Shown in pieces: positions 18,654 through 27,766 of a stretch of DNA of 32,000 bases (position 1 is its first letter; every line of letters begins with the position of its first letter). Origin of the DNA: Candidatus Hadarchaeota archaeon (lineage in GTDB: Archaea; Hadarchaeota; Hadarchaeia; Hadarchaeales; Hadarchaeaceae). Under the pieces are notes generated by a model that did no database searches, had not been told where the DNA came from, and saw only the letters and a list, made by a program, of their open reading frames with translations. The position numbers and the translations under genes are program-made. The stretch lies in contig CAZETV010000002.1 of assembly GCA_964514965.1 (NCBI GenBank), positions 213,057 to 245,056 on the forward strand. Direction: 5' to 3'.

Positions 18654-19319
18654 CTAGACTGGAAGTCTTAACACTACGATCTTTTGTTCCTTAGGTAAAC
18701 TGTCTTTCGTGACGCTAAGGCCCGGACCATTGGTTTTCTCAACGGTTTTCTTACCTTTTAGAAATGCATCGAGGGCGATAGGCATCACCCTTGACAACCA
18801 CGGCGATGCACCTGAGAACCCTGTGTTGTAATGCATCGGTATAATTATTTTCGGGTCCAATTTGGTGATAACCGACCATGCGACATCGGGCCCTATGGTG
18901 GCTCCTCCCGCAACTGGTGTGCACAGCACGTCTACCTTGCCTATCTCCTTTGCCTGCTCCGCGGTCAGGTCGTGACCTAGGTCTCCCAAATGACACAGTT
19001 TGAGGCCGTCAAGCTGTACAGTGTAGACGCTGTTCTTCCCTCTTTGGCTGCCCCCAGCGTCGTCGTGTAGGGTCGCCACGCCCTTCACTGGAATGCCTCC
19101 AACGTCCTTTGCGCCCACGAATCCTTCTAGGGCATCTCCTCCTTCTTTGAGGACCGGTTTTACGTTGTTGTGGTCCCTGTGGCCGTGGCTGCACAGGACG
19201 ACGTCAGCTTTTGCCTTTGGCTCAGGTAAGCCGATCCCTCCGAAGGGGTCAAACACGATTGTAGCATTCTGTCCCCTCACCTCAAAGCACGCGTGCCCAT
19301 GCCATAGAATATTCACCAA
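18654..19319 (-). CDS. Metallo-beta-lactamase-fold hydrolase (UlaG/UPF0173-like)
   Basis: ILWHGHACFEV, VVLCSHGHRDHNNVKPV, GDLGHDL, IIIPMHYNTGFSG. Confidence 0.88.
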   Translation of the reverse strand: MVNILWHGHACFEVRGQNATIVFDPFGGIGLPEPKAKADVVLCSHGHRDHNNVKPVLKEGGDALEGFVGAKDVGGIPVKGVATLHDDAGGSQRGKNSVYTVQLDGLKLCHLGDLGHDLTAEQAKEIGKVDVLCTPVAGGATIGPDVAWSVITKLDPKIIIPMHYNTGFSGASPWLSRVMPIALDAFLKGKKTVEKTNGPGLSVTKDSLPKEQKIVVLRLPV

Positions 19320-19427
19320 AATACCCGCCCCCTTTCTAAATGCACCGAGTTTTAATAGTTGAACAAAGCCTTAACTTTTTCGCTCTCCTGGAGTTTGATG
19401 GCATGCTGAATTCTCCGCTTTAGACTC

Positions 19428-19455
19428 CACCTCCCAAACCATTGAATGGGAGGTG
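19428..19455 (+). repeat. Hairpin CACCTCCCA-AACCATTGAA-TGGGAGGTG just upstream of the IS110-like ORF
   Basis: 9-bp perfect stem with 10-nt loop read directly. Confidence 0.7.
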
Positions 19456-19465
19456 TGGAAAAAGC

Positions 19466-19690
19466 ATGACCACATACGTGGGTTTGGATGTGCATCTGCG
19501 CACGTGCCACGCGACGGTGATGGACGAACACGGAAGAATCCTGAAGCAGGAGAAATTCCCGAACGAGCGTCCGGAGTTCGAGAGGGTCCTCAAGGGCATC
19601 GACGATGCGAAGGTCGCGATGGAAGCGTGCTACTGCTGGCAGCCCGTTCACGAGCTGCTCGAAACCTTTCTCGTAACCAGATTGCCTATT
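19466..19690 (+). mobile_element. Truncated IS110-family transposase (DEDD N-terminal domain only)
   Basis: MTTYVGLDVHLRTCHATVMDEHGRILKQEKFPNERPEFERVLKGIDDAKVAMEACYCWQPVHELLE; homology stops before the catalytic C-terminal part. The right boundary is approximate. Confidence 0.8.
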
Positions 19691-19724
19691 GCGGCATTCA
19701 ATATTCCTATTGTCGTCGTAGTTT

Positions 19725-21113
19725 TCATTTTTCATCAGGCCTCTTCCTTTGATATAACTCGGTGACAAGGTAGTGCATCGCTTTTCTAAATATGAACCCT
19801 TTATCCTTTATCAAGTCCTTTGCTAGTGTTTTTGGACGAAGGTAAAATTTCAGGTAAGCCAATTTCAAAGCGTTTGCTATCTGAGACGCCGTGAGGTATT
19901 TTAATTTCATTACAGGGTCCAATGTTGTGAATTTTTTCCAGTTCGTTGTGAGAAGTAATTTTTCTTTCAAAGCATATGACCATAATTTCGTCCCCGGATA
20001 AGGAGTGGCTATGGTAAATTGGGCGAAATCAACTCCTACTTTTTTCGAAAAATTTATTGTTTTATTAACATCTTCCCCATTTTCCTCGGGAAAGCCTATC
20101 ACAAAAGACCCCAGCGCATGCAGTCCAGCTTCCTTCGCGTTTTTCACGGCCAATCCCGATTTTTCCAGCGTGATCCCTTTCCCAATGAAATCGAGTGTTT
20201 TTTGGGAGCCTGATTCCAGGCCAAAGTATACGGTGTGGGCTCCTCCTTTTTTCATCGTGTTTGCAATTTCCGCAGAGAACGTGTCCACTCTTGAAGACGC
20301 GGTCCAAGAAATATCCAATCCCTCTTCCCTTATTTTCTTGGCTATTGCGATCACCCTAGGTTTCAATAAGGTGAATGTATCATCCATAAATTCCACGTCG
20401 GTTTTACCGTATTCATGCCTGAGTATGGATAGTTCTTCCATGGTTCTCTCCACGCTGTGCCCACGCCATTTCTTCCCGAATTGCAGGGATGAGGAGCAGA
20501 ATATACAGTTGAATGGGCAACCCCTGCTAGTAATTATTGTCGCAAATTCAACTTTGCCCGACTTGTATTTTTTCATGGGAAGTAATTCATAAGATGGAAT
20601 TGGAATTGTATCGATGTTTTCTATCAGCTTTCTTGGCGGGTTATTTATTATTTTTCCGTTCTTTTTAAAAGTCAACCCATTTATCTTTTTAAAATCCGCT
20701 CCATTTCCGAGGGCATAGACCAGTTCTTTAAATGTGTCTTCCCCTTCCCCTCTCACGATAAAGTCTACATACGGGCATTCCTGCATGATCCTCTCTGGTA
20801 CAAAAGTTGCGTGTGGCCCTCCTAAAATAATATTAATGTTTTCATTTATCCCTTTAGCGATCTTTGCTATTTCGTATGCATCTGGCATCATCGAAGTTGT
20901 CGCCGTTAAACCAACTATGTCAGGGTCTGAATCTCTTATTATCTTGGCCACATCTTCCCTTCCGTATCCTTCCGCAATTGAATCGATGATTTTCACGTCA
21001 TGTTCATCTTTTACCATTGAAGCAAGATATGCTAAGCCAAGAGGGGGCATGGTTTCGCCCATAACTCTTCTTACGGCGCTTTCTGTTGGGGGAGAAACCA
21101 GCATCACGTTCAT
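19725..21113 (-). CDS. Cobalamin-binding radical SAM protein (B12-binding + rSAM)
   Basis: PPLGLAYLASMV, IILGGPHATFVPE, then TSRGCPFNCIFCSSS (CxxxCxxC), GLESGS, GFPEENGEDV. Confidence 0.93.
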   Translation of the reverse strand: MNVMLVSPPTESAVRRVMGETMPPLGLAYLASMVKDEHDVKIIDSIAEGYGREDVAKIIRDSDPDIVGLTATTSMMPDAYEIAKIAKGINENINIILGGPHATFVPERIMQECPYVDFIVRGEGEDTFKELVYALGNGADFKKINGLTFKKNGKIINNPPRKLIENIDTIPIPSYELLPMKKYKSGKVEFATIITSRGCPFNCIFCSSSLQFGKKWRGHSVERTMEELSILRHEYGKTDVEFMDDTFTLLKPRVIAIAKKIREEGLDISWTASSRVDTFSAEIANTMKKGGAHTVYFGLESGSQKTLDFIGKGITLEKSGLAVKNAKEAGLHALGSFVIGFPEENGEDVNKTINFSKKVGVDFAQFTIATPYPGTKLWSYALKEKLLLTTNWKKFTTLDPVMKLKYLTASQIANALKLAYLKFYLRPKTLAKDLIKDKGFIFRKAMHYLVTELYQRKRPDEK

Positions 21114-21153
21114 GTTATCTCACTTTTTCTGGGTGGCCGGTCATATACCGGTG

Positions 21154-22662
21154 TTAGGCAGCCATCCGCGGTGGAACTTGGGATCTTGATCTAGCCTGCT
21201 CGAGCTCCTGCCAGTAATGGATGTTGTGGATGCAACCCGGGTCGGGCGCCTGTACGTCCCCATAGTAGCCGTAGGCACGTGCCCTGCACCCGCCGCATAT
21301 GTACTTGTGTTCGCATTGGCCGCAGTTCTCCAGGGCATCGCGGTTCCTGAGCTTCCAGAGGAGCTCCGTGGAGTCCCAGATATCGCGCAGCCTGTCCTTC
21401 CTTATGTTGCCGAGCTTGATGGGCATGAAGACGCAGGGGGTTATGTCGCCGTTAGGTTCGAGCCCGCAGTACAGCCTTCCGGCCCCGCACCCCCCTAGGA
21501 ACTCCGCGAGGCTCTTTGTCCGCCCCTGTAGCGCACTCATGGCAGCGCGGTTCGTGAAGTGCGTGGCCACCACCCCGACCGCATCGTTGCCCAGAGCGTA
21601 CTCCCAGGAGACGGTGGAGTACTGGGGCGCAGTCGAATAGCATATCATCTTGCAGTTGCTGTCCATCATCCTGTTGTAAAGGTACTTGAGGAGCTCCTGC
21701 CTGTCCTCCGGGCTTAGGTCCTGTTCGGTGATTTCCTTTCCCCTCCCCGTCGGCACGTAGTTGAATACTATCACGCGTCCAACTCCGAGCTCCTTCTCGG
21801 CGAAGTCAACCAGCTTCGGAATCTCGTGAAGGTTATAACGAGTTGCGGTGAGGGCAACGCAGGTGTCAATCCCTTCGGCAACGCAGTTCTTGATTCCCTC
21901 GCATGTGCGCTTCCAGGCCCCGGGCACCCCCCTGAACTTGTCGTGGGCCGCCTCGAATCCATCGAGGGAGATTTCAGCGTAGCCGAAAACATCCTTCATC
22001 TTCTTGGCCATATCCCGCGTGATCAGCGTTCCATTGGTAGCGACTGAGGTGTAGAACCCCCTGCTTTTCGCGTATCCGGCGACTTCAAAGATGTCCTTCC
22101 TCGTTAACGGCTCTCCCCCTGAAAAGGCGATGGCAACCACGCTGGCATCTTCGAACTCGTCGATTACGTGCTTGGCCTCCTCGGTTGTGAGTTCGTCCTC
22201 CATCGCCTTCGGTCCTGCATTCTCATAGCAATGCTCGCACCGCAGGTTGCATAACTTTGTATAGTTCCAAACGACCAGGAAGGGCGCCACGGAGATGAAG
22301 GGCCTTCGAGTGCCGTAACGCGCGATGCCCTCCAGCACGTTGACCATGGCGCGCCTTATCATCGGGTCCGACATGTTTTCCTTCAGATTGGAGTCAGAAT
22401 AACCGAAGGCGTTTGCCCCGTGATCAAGCACGAATTTAACGATTAGTGAGGCGAGAGCGTCCTGCACGTCGCATTTAATTTCCTCGCCGGTATATTTACG
22501 AAGAGCAATATCGAGCCTGTTGCCTCCCCCCCTGCTTCGGCCACAGACTAATCTTAGCATGGCCCTTGAGACTGGGTTATCGAGCCAACGCTGGACATGG
22601 CCAATTACCGCATCCTCAGTCCTAACCTCAGCTCCCACCTTGATGCTTTTGTTGGAGGCCAT
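21154..22662 (-). CDS. Radical SAM/SPASM domain protein with about 120-aa N-terminal extension
   Basis: CNLRCEHC, FSGGEPL, CGAGRLYCGLEPNGDITPCVFMP, CGQCEHKYICGGCRARAYGYYGD. Start MASNKSIKV at 22662 preferred over the ORF-track start (22677). Confidence 0.92.
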   Translation of the reverse strand: MASNKSIKVGAEVRTEDAVIGHVQRWLDNPVSRAMLRLVCGRSRGGGNRLDIALRKYTGEEIKCDVQDALASLIVKFVLDHGANAFGYSDSNLKENMSDPMIRRAMVNVLEGIARYGTRRPFISVAPFLVVWNYTKLCNLRCEHCYENAGPKAMEDELTTEEAKHVIDEFEDASVVAIAFSGGEPLTRKDIFEVAGYAKSRGFYTSVATNGTLITRDMAKKMKDVFGYAEISLDGFEAAHDKFRGVPGAWKRTCEGIKNCVAEGIDTCVALTATRYNLHEIPKLVDFAEKELGVGRVIVFNYVPTGRGKEITEQDLSPEDRQELLKYLYNRMMDSNCKMICYSTAPQYSTVSWEYALGNDAVGVVATHFTNRAAMSALQGRTKSLAEFLGGCGAGRLYCGLEPNGDITPCVFMPIKLGNIRKDRLRDIWDSTELLWKLRNRDALENCGQCEHKYICGGCRARAYGYYGDVQAPDPGCIHNIHYWQELEQARSRSQVPPRMAA

Positions 22663-22663
22663 T

Positions 22664-23281
22664 CTATCCACCCCCAAAAGTAGAAGTGATCTTTGACCAA
22701 TCCGCAGCCCATCGGATCTGGTTGCCGTACTTGTCCATGAGCAGCAAATGCCTGGCCGGGAAGGGGAGTTCGTCCAAGTTCGTTATCAACGGCGTTGGGG
22801 GGTTCCTGGCGATGCTGTCGCCATTGCGATAGCATATGCCGGTTACTGTGGCTAGGCCGCCGCCGCTTTCGAGTGCTTTCGTCAGATTGAGCATAGTTCT
22901 TTCCCCTTCGCCGACGCAAACCGCATCCAGCTGGGGACACCCTTTCAGGGTTTCGGTCGGGAGGAACGTGGGGTGTGCGCCGCCCATTACAGTAAAGGCG
23001 TCCGGGCAGGACTCCTTGGCTATACCCATGGCGGCCATCGCGCCGTAGATTGTCGGCGTTACGGCCGTTGTGCCCACGATGTCCGGATTCTCCTTTCCCA
23101 GTCGCGCTTTCAATTCCGCGGGCCCGATGCACGTCGCTGGGACGTCTATTATCCCGACCTCGTGCCCAGCCCCCTCGAGAACCGCAGCTATGTACGCCAG
23201 TCCCATCGGAGGCATCAGGATCTTGAGGTACTCCTGAACTTCCATCCCCGGCGAAGCGGGGTTGATTAATATTACCTTCAT
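22664..23281 (-). CDS. Stand-alone cobalamin-binding domain protein (no radical SAM core)
   Basis: MKVILINPASPGMEV...MPPMGLAYIAAVLEGAGHEVGIIDVPA...FTVMGGAHPTFLPTE...LDAVCVGEGE...; stops at the point where an rSAM core would begin. Confidence 0.85.
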   Translation of the reverse strand: MKVILINPASPGMEVQEYLKILMPPMGLAYIAAVLEGAGHEVGIIDVPATCIGPAELKARLGKENPDIVGTTAVTPTIYGAMAAMGIAKESCPDAFTVMGGAHPTFLPTETLKGCPQLDAVCVGEGERTMLNLTKALESGGGLATVTGICYRNGDSIARNPPTPLITNLDELPFPARHLLLMDKYGNQIRWAADWSKITSTFGGG

Positions 23282-23371
23282 TTTGCCATCCCCTCAGGGC
23301 TCGGCGGTTTTCGCCCGCCCGGGTTCGGGGGCCATATGAGTACCGCCTTTATGCTCGATGCGCCCTCCGTT

Positions 23372-23824
23372 TCATCCCCTAGGCCGGGACATCTCTTCCC
23401 GGAGCTTCTCAAGGAGATTGCGTAGTGTCCTCCGTTCGTCTGTCGTGAACGCTCGAAAGACGTTCCGCATGTACTCGCTGTACCTCGTAGCTACAATTTC
23501 TTGCACGGCTTTCCCCTTGGGGGTGAGCTCTATGATGGTGGCCCTCCTGTCTCCCCGTCGCGCCATCCTCTTTAGGAGCCCCTTGGACTCGAGCCTGTCG
23601 ATTATCCCGGTGATGTTGGCCGGAGTCACGAGCATTTCATCGCTTATCCCCTTCATCGGCGTCGCGCCATTTTTGGCAACTATCCTCAACACCCGGAACT
23701 GCGGCTGAGTCAGCCCTTCCTTTAAAAGCATTTCTGTGATGCTGCATTGCATCACCTTGTACGTCGCTATGACGGCGTTGTATGTCTCGTTGGGATGTCC
23801 CGCTGGTCCTTCTCCTTTGGGCAT
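23372..23824 (-). CDS. MarR-family transcriptional regulator
   Basis: MPKGEGPAGHPNETYNAVI...LTQPQFRVLRIVAKNGATPMKGISDEMLVTPANITGIIDRLESKGLLKRMARRGDRRATIIELTPKG. The ORF track extends it upstream past the likely start. Confidence 0.92.
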   Translation of the reverse strand: MPKGEGPAGHPNETYNAVIATYKVMQCSITEMLLKEGLTQPQFRVLRIVAKNGATPMKGISDEMLVTPANITGIIDRLESKGLLKRMARRGDRRATIIELTPKGKAVQEIVATRYSEYMRNVFRAFTTDERRTLRNLLEKLREEMSRPRG

Positions 23825-23854
23825 GTTGTAAAATAAGTTAGTCAAAGTATAAAT

Positions 23855-23870
23855 AGTTAAGTCATTAACT
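23855..23870. promoter_or_regulatory. Palindrome AGTTAA-GTCA-TTAACT beside the marR TATA-like element; candidate MarR operator
   Basis: Perfect 6-bp arms; minus-strand TTTATA at about 23847-23852 lies roughly 25 nt upstream of the marR ATG. Confidence 0.5.
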
Positions 23871-24071
23871 GTTTCTTTGGTTATACCTTGAACGCAAGCA
23901 GCATAGGCTCTGAAATGGTCCCCTTCAGAGGCACACGAGAACCCACAAAGGCCCGTTTTTCCGGGCCTGAAACGAGCGAGCCAAGGCCCGCAATCGCAGT
24001 GATACACGAGGTATGGGGAGTTAGTAAACCACACAAAGGACGTAACGAACAGATTCGCGAGGGAGGGATAC

Positions 24072-24338
24072 GTGGCGCTCGCTCCCAACTTCTCCTCGTG
24101 TCCAGAGCTGGCCTCGCTGCTCACACCTCAGAATATTGGCATCACGATGGGTTTCGTTCAGACACTGCCTGCCGAGAGGAGGGCGGACATGGTTTATGCA
24201 CGGCAAGAGTCTGCAAAGCAACCGGCCGGGACGAGAGATGTGGCACAGAGGATGATGAGTAAGATGTTTGGAGGAATGCAGAAGGACGCTCCCACAAAAG
24301 AAGCGGTGAAAGTAGTGGACGTGTTATATCGCGGTTAG
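24072..24338 (+). CDS. Hypothetical 88-aa protein between the marR promoter and the MFS gene
   Basis: GTG-start ORF in the track; coding status uncertain. Confidence 0.3.
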   Translation: MALAPNFSSCPELASLLTPQNIGITMGFVQTLPAERRADMVYARQESAKQPAGTRDVAQRMMSKMFGGMQKDAPTKEAVKVVDVLYRG

Positions 24339-24383
24339 GAGCTTGCGCGCTTTAGCCCCTGCTCGAACTCGAGGTGCAAAAGA

Positions 24384-26204
24384 ATGGTCGAATACAAGTG
24401 GGTCGCCCTCTCCAACACCACCCTGGGCGTGCTGATGGCCACGATAAACGGATCGATAACCCTGATCTCTCTGCCAGCGATATTTCGCGGGATTAACATC
24501 GACCCCCTCACATCTTTTCAGTACCTGTTGTGGATTCTCTTCGGCTACAGTATCGTCACGGCCTCCTTGCTCGTCATGTTCGGACGGATATCCGACATGT
24601 ACGGGAGGGTGAAGCTGTACAACATGGGGTTCTTAATCTTCACGGCAGGTTCCATACTCCTGTACTTTACTCCAAGCGGCGGAGACCTCGGAGCATTAGA
24701 AATAATCTTCTTCAGGATAGTGCAAGGACTGGGCGCCGCCTTCCTCTTTGCCAACAGCGCGGCAATTATCACCGATGCCTTCCCCTTCAACGAACGTGGT
24801 AAAGCCTTGGGCATAAACCAAGTAGCAGCAATGATCGGCTCCATCGCGGGGCTCATCCTGGGCGGAATCCTGGCGGCCTTCGACTGGCGTTACGTCTTTC
24901 TCGTCAGCGTGCCCGTTGGTATTTTCGGGACAATCTGGTCGTACCGGAAGCTCAGGGAGCTCGCTGCGATACGGAAGAACCAAAAGCTCGACCTCTTGGG
25001 CAACGCCCTGTGGGGTACGGGTCTCACCGTGATCCTGCTGGGGGTGACGTACGGGTTGATCCCGTACGGAGGCTCAACCATGGGCTGGGGCAACCCCTGG
25101 GTAATCACCGCGCTCATATTCGGCGTTGCGCTGCTGGTGGCGTTTCCCTTCGTAGAGGCCAGGGTAAAGGATCCGATGTTTAGGCTGGGGCTGTTCAGGA
25201 ACAGGATGTTCAGCGCCGCAAATTTCGCCGGGATGCTTGCAGCCATCGGCAGAGGAGGGGTCATGATCATGCTGATAATACTGCTACAGGGAATATGGCT
25301 CCCGCTCCACGGATACAGCTATGAATCGACGCCCTTCTGGTCCGGCATATACATGCTGCCCCTGTTGGCTGGTTTTGTTGTCATGGGACCGCTGAGCGGC
25401 TGGCTCTCGGACAGATACGGTGCCCGGGGCCTCTCCACGCTTGGGATGCTGATCACGGCGGTCACCTTTTTCGCGCTCGCGGCCCTTCCTTACAACTTCG
25501 ACTATTTGCCCTTCGGCGTGATCCTCTTCGTGCAGGGTATCGGGGGTGGGATGTTTGCGTCTCCAAACACGGCATCGATCATGAACTCCGTTCCCGGAGA
25601 ACACCGCGGCGCCGCTTCGGGGATGAGGGCGACACTCCAGAACACAGCGACGACGGTGAGCCAGGCGCTGTTCTTCACCATCGTGATTTTCACCCTCGCC
25701 AACAACCTGCCCAGCGCCTTCTCGGCCGCCTTCACGAGTGCCGGCGTGCCCCAGCTCGGTTCGGTCTTCGCCCAGACTCCGCCGACCGGGGCTCTCTTCG
25801 CTGCCTTCCTCGGCTACAACCCTGTCGGCAGCATCGTCTCGCAGCTCTTGCTCAACCAGAGCACGGCCTCGTTGGTGTCGTCTATTCCGCCGCAGACCCT
25901 GAGCTACCTGACGGGCAACACTTTCTTCCCGACCGCGATCGCCCCTCCGTTTATGGGCGCACTGAGTTTCGCCTTCTACGTCGGCCTTGGCCTCTCCGTT
26001 GCGGCCGCGGTCTCGTCCCTTTTCCGTGGCAGGGTTTACATATACAAAAAGGAGGTGACTGTCGCCCCCAAGCCTCCCGTCCTTCCGCCGATAACGGGGC
26101 AGGAAAGCGATGCTCAAAACCTGAGCGGCAAAGGAGATATGCGAAAGGCCCCCCGTGGCGCGATTGGATTAGAACCTTCGCCGCGCAAGGAGGGGGATGA
26201 CTAA
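24384..26204 (+). CDS. MFS transporter, DHA2 (EmrB/QacA-like) drug-efflux type
   Basis: 606 aa, multiple hydrophobic segments, [17 protein letters not shown] motif A-like, [30 protein letters not shown] motif C-like region. Confidence 0.9.
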   Translation: MVEYKWVALSNTTLGVLMATINGSITLISLPAIFRGINIDPLTSFQYLLWILFGYSIVTASLLVMFGRISDMYGRVKLYNMGFLIFTAGSILLYFTPSGGDLGALEIIFFRIVQGLGAAFLFANSAAIITDAFPFNERGKALGINQVAAMIGSIAGLILGGILAAFDWRYVFLVSVPVGIFGTIWSYRKLRELAAIRKNQKLDLLGNALWGTGLTVILLGVTYGLIPYGGSTMGWGNPWVITALIFGVALLVAFPFVEARVKDPMFRLGLFRNRMFSAANFAGMLAAIGRGGVMIMLIILLQGIWLPLHGYSYESTPFWSGIYMLPLLAGFVVMGPLSGWLSDRYGARGLSTLGMLITAVTFFALAALPYNFDYLPFGVILFVQGIGGGMFASPNTASIMNSVPGEHRGAASGMRATLQNTATTVSQALFFTIVIFTLANNLPSAFSAAFTSAGVPQLGSVFAQTPPTGALFAAFLGYNPVGSIVSQLLLNQSTASLVSSIPPQTLSYLTGNTFFPTAIAPPFMGALSFAFYVGLGLSVAAAVSSLFRGRVYIYKKEVTVAPKPPVLPPITGQESDAQNLSGKGDMRKAPRGAIGLEPSPRKEGDD

Positions 26205-26544
26205 TTGAGTCAACAAGTCTACAATTATTACTCTAGACGGATTGAGGAGCGTTTACGCCAACGCGAACATGAACATCAGGCAACGGCCCGCAATCTCCAA
26301 GATAGACCAGCTGAAAGTTTTCGCTCAAGGCCTGGGGTTGAATCCCGATCAGATCATCATGTCCGGCGCATTGGCAGAACCACACAGGGCCATAGTGACT
26401 CCGGGCGACTTGGAGGCTTGGCAGGTACAAACCCTATCCTCGGCTCTGAAGGAAACCCTCAAAAACGAGATTATTTCCGAGCTATCGTTTGGGTCCAAAG
26501 GTATATGGTTAGAGGAATGGGCCCGAAGGGATTCGAACCCTTGA
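26205..26544 (+). pseudogene. Possible frame-disrupted C-terminal remnant of a site-specific integrase, running into the tRNA(CAT) 3' end
   Basis: NYYSRRIEERLRQREHEHQ in one frame, KIDQLKVFAQGLGLNPDQIIMSGALAEPHR...ALKETLKNEIISELSFGS in another. Similar EIVKELSIGSE tail beside the 17881 repeat. Family assignment is inference. Confidence 0.3.
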
Positions 26545-26613
26545 CCACTCGGTTATGAGCTTCGCCCAACTTAAGCAGCTGTCGAGCGCTCTAACCAGCT
26601 GAGCTACGGGCCC
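26518..26613 (-). tRNA. tRNA with CAT anticodon (elongator Met or Ile2) with one 22-nt intron at position 30/31
   Basis: GGGCCCG TA GCTC AGCTGGTTA GAGC G CTCG[22 nt]G CTCATAA CCGAG TGGTC AAGGG TTCGAAT CCCTT CGGGCCC A; intron 26561..26582 folds as a BHB. Confidence 0.88.
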
Positions 26614-26697
26614 TGTACCAACTTCTCTAAGGATTGATTAAAACATTTGCTAAACAATATTAAAATGGAATCGCACGAATTATTATAAGGTGGAGAC

Positions 26698-27684
26698 TTG
26701 GCTGTAAAAATTCTATCTCACGGCGACACCGATGGCGTATGTTCAGCAGCCCTCGCTAAGGCGCGCTTTCCCAATGCAGAAGTTTGGTTCACCCGCCCGA
26801 TAACACTCTTGCGCGACCTCAACACAATTAACATCGGCAACGTAGTTTTCATTTCAGATATCGCAATAAGCGAGACCCATAAAGAGGAGATATTCAAGCG
26901 CATGCGTGAACTTGCGCAGAAGGATGAAGTCATCTACATCGACCACCACCCGCTCCCCCCCAATACTCTGAAGAGGGACATCCCGGCCACGCAGTCTGCT
27001 CATGAGATAGGCACGAGTGCTTCGGAGATTACCTTCCGATTTTTTAAATCAGACATAAACCCAGATTTGGACCGAGTCGCATTGTGGGGCGCGATTGCCG
27101 ATTACTGCGAAGAGACCGAGTTCGTGCGCGATGGAATGAGCAAGTACGACAGGCGAACAATCTACATGGAGGCAGGGCTGCTTACCCAAGCGCTGGGCGA
27201 GGCTGCAGGCGATTATCACTACAAACGCGATGTTGCACTCAAGCTAGCGCGGGGCGACCCCCCAACGGAAATCCCAGAAATTGTCGACCGGGCAATTAAA
27301 GCAACGAAACGTGAGTGGGAGGTATGGCGGTACGTCAAGGAACATGTAATACGTGAGGGGAATATTGCGATTATCTATGACTTGCCCTCCGGCAGCCTCG
27401 GGAAAGCGGCGCTCTACGCGCTGGGAACGACTGGCGCTAATGTTGGAATTTGCACCCGAAAAGACGACGACGAGATAGACGTGAGCATGCGGCGCCGGGC
27501 AGGGGCAAAGATCGACCTTAACGAGATGCTCCGCCACATCACCGCTCGCGTAGGAGGCTCTGGAGGTGGGCACGAAGGAGCCGCTGGTGCGACTATTCCG
27601 GCCGACCTCTTTGACTCTTTCTTGGATACAATTAAGAAAGAAATCTCGCCTGTGATAAGCAGGAACTTTACACTCAAGAGATAG
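26698..27684 (+). CDS. DHH-family phosphoesterase (DHH + DHHA1, RecJ/NrnA-like)
   Basis: SHGDTDGVCSAALA, ISDIAI, IDHHPLP, GAIADYCEE, GGSGGGHEGAAGATIP; TTG start. Confidence 0.88.
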   Translation: MAVKILSHGDTDGVCSAALAKARFPNAEVWFTRPITLLRDLNTINIGNVVFISDIAISETHKEEIFKRMRELAQKDEVIYIDHHPLPPNTLKRDIPATQSAHEIGTSASEITFRFFKSDINPDLDRVALWGAIADYCEETEFVRDGMSKYDRRTIYMEAGLLTQALGEAAGDYHYKRDVALKLARGDPPTEIPEIVDRAIKATKREWEVWRYVKEHVIREGNIAIIYDLPSGSLGKAALYALGTTGANVGICTRKDDDEIDVSMRRRAGAKIDLNEMLRHITARVGGSGGGHEGAAGATIPADLFDSFLDTIKKEISPVISRNFTLKR

Positions 27685-27766
27685 CTAGAACAAATCTACC
27701 TCAATAATTCTCTAGGCCTAACCATCACAACAATGCGTGAGCCTTCTCGTGCTAGATACTTTGTGG

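Noticed and set aside
19352-19768. 138-aa minus-strand ORF and 99-aa plus-strand ORF around the IS110 fragment
   Set aside because: Alternative frames of the IS110 transposase remnant, which has the recognisable reading (GLDVHLRTCHATVMDE).
23372-24124. 250-aa MarR ORF with long N-terminal extension
   Set aside because: The extension crosses the palindrome and TATA-like region and has no MarR similarity; the start at 23824 fits the promoter.
25284-26117. 277-aa charged minus-strand ORF opposite the MFS gene
   Set aside because: Typical high-GC antisense shadow ORF of a convincingly coding transporter; low-complexity Arg/Glu-rich translation.
26205-26558. ORFs ending in GMGPKGFEPLTTRL / EWARRDSNP as functional proteins
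   Set aside because: The ends are translation of the tRNA(CAT) T-arm; only a degenerate upstream remnant is plausible.
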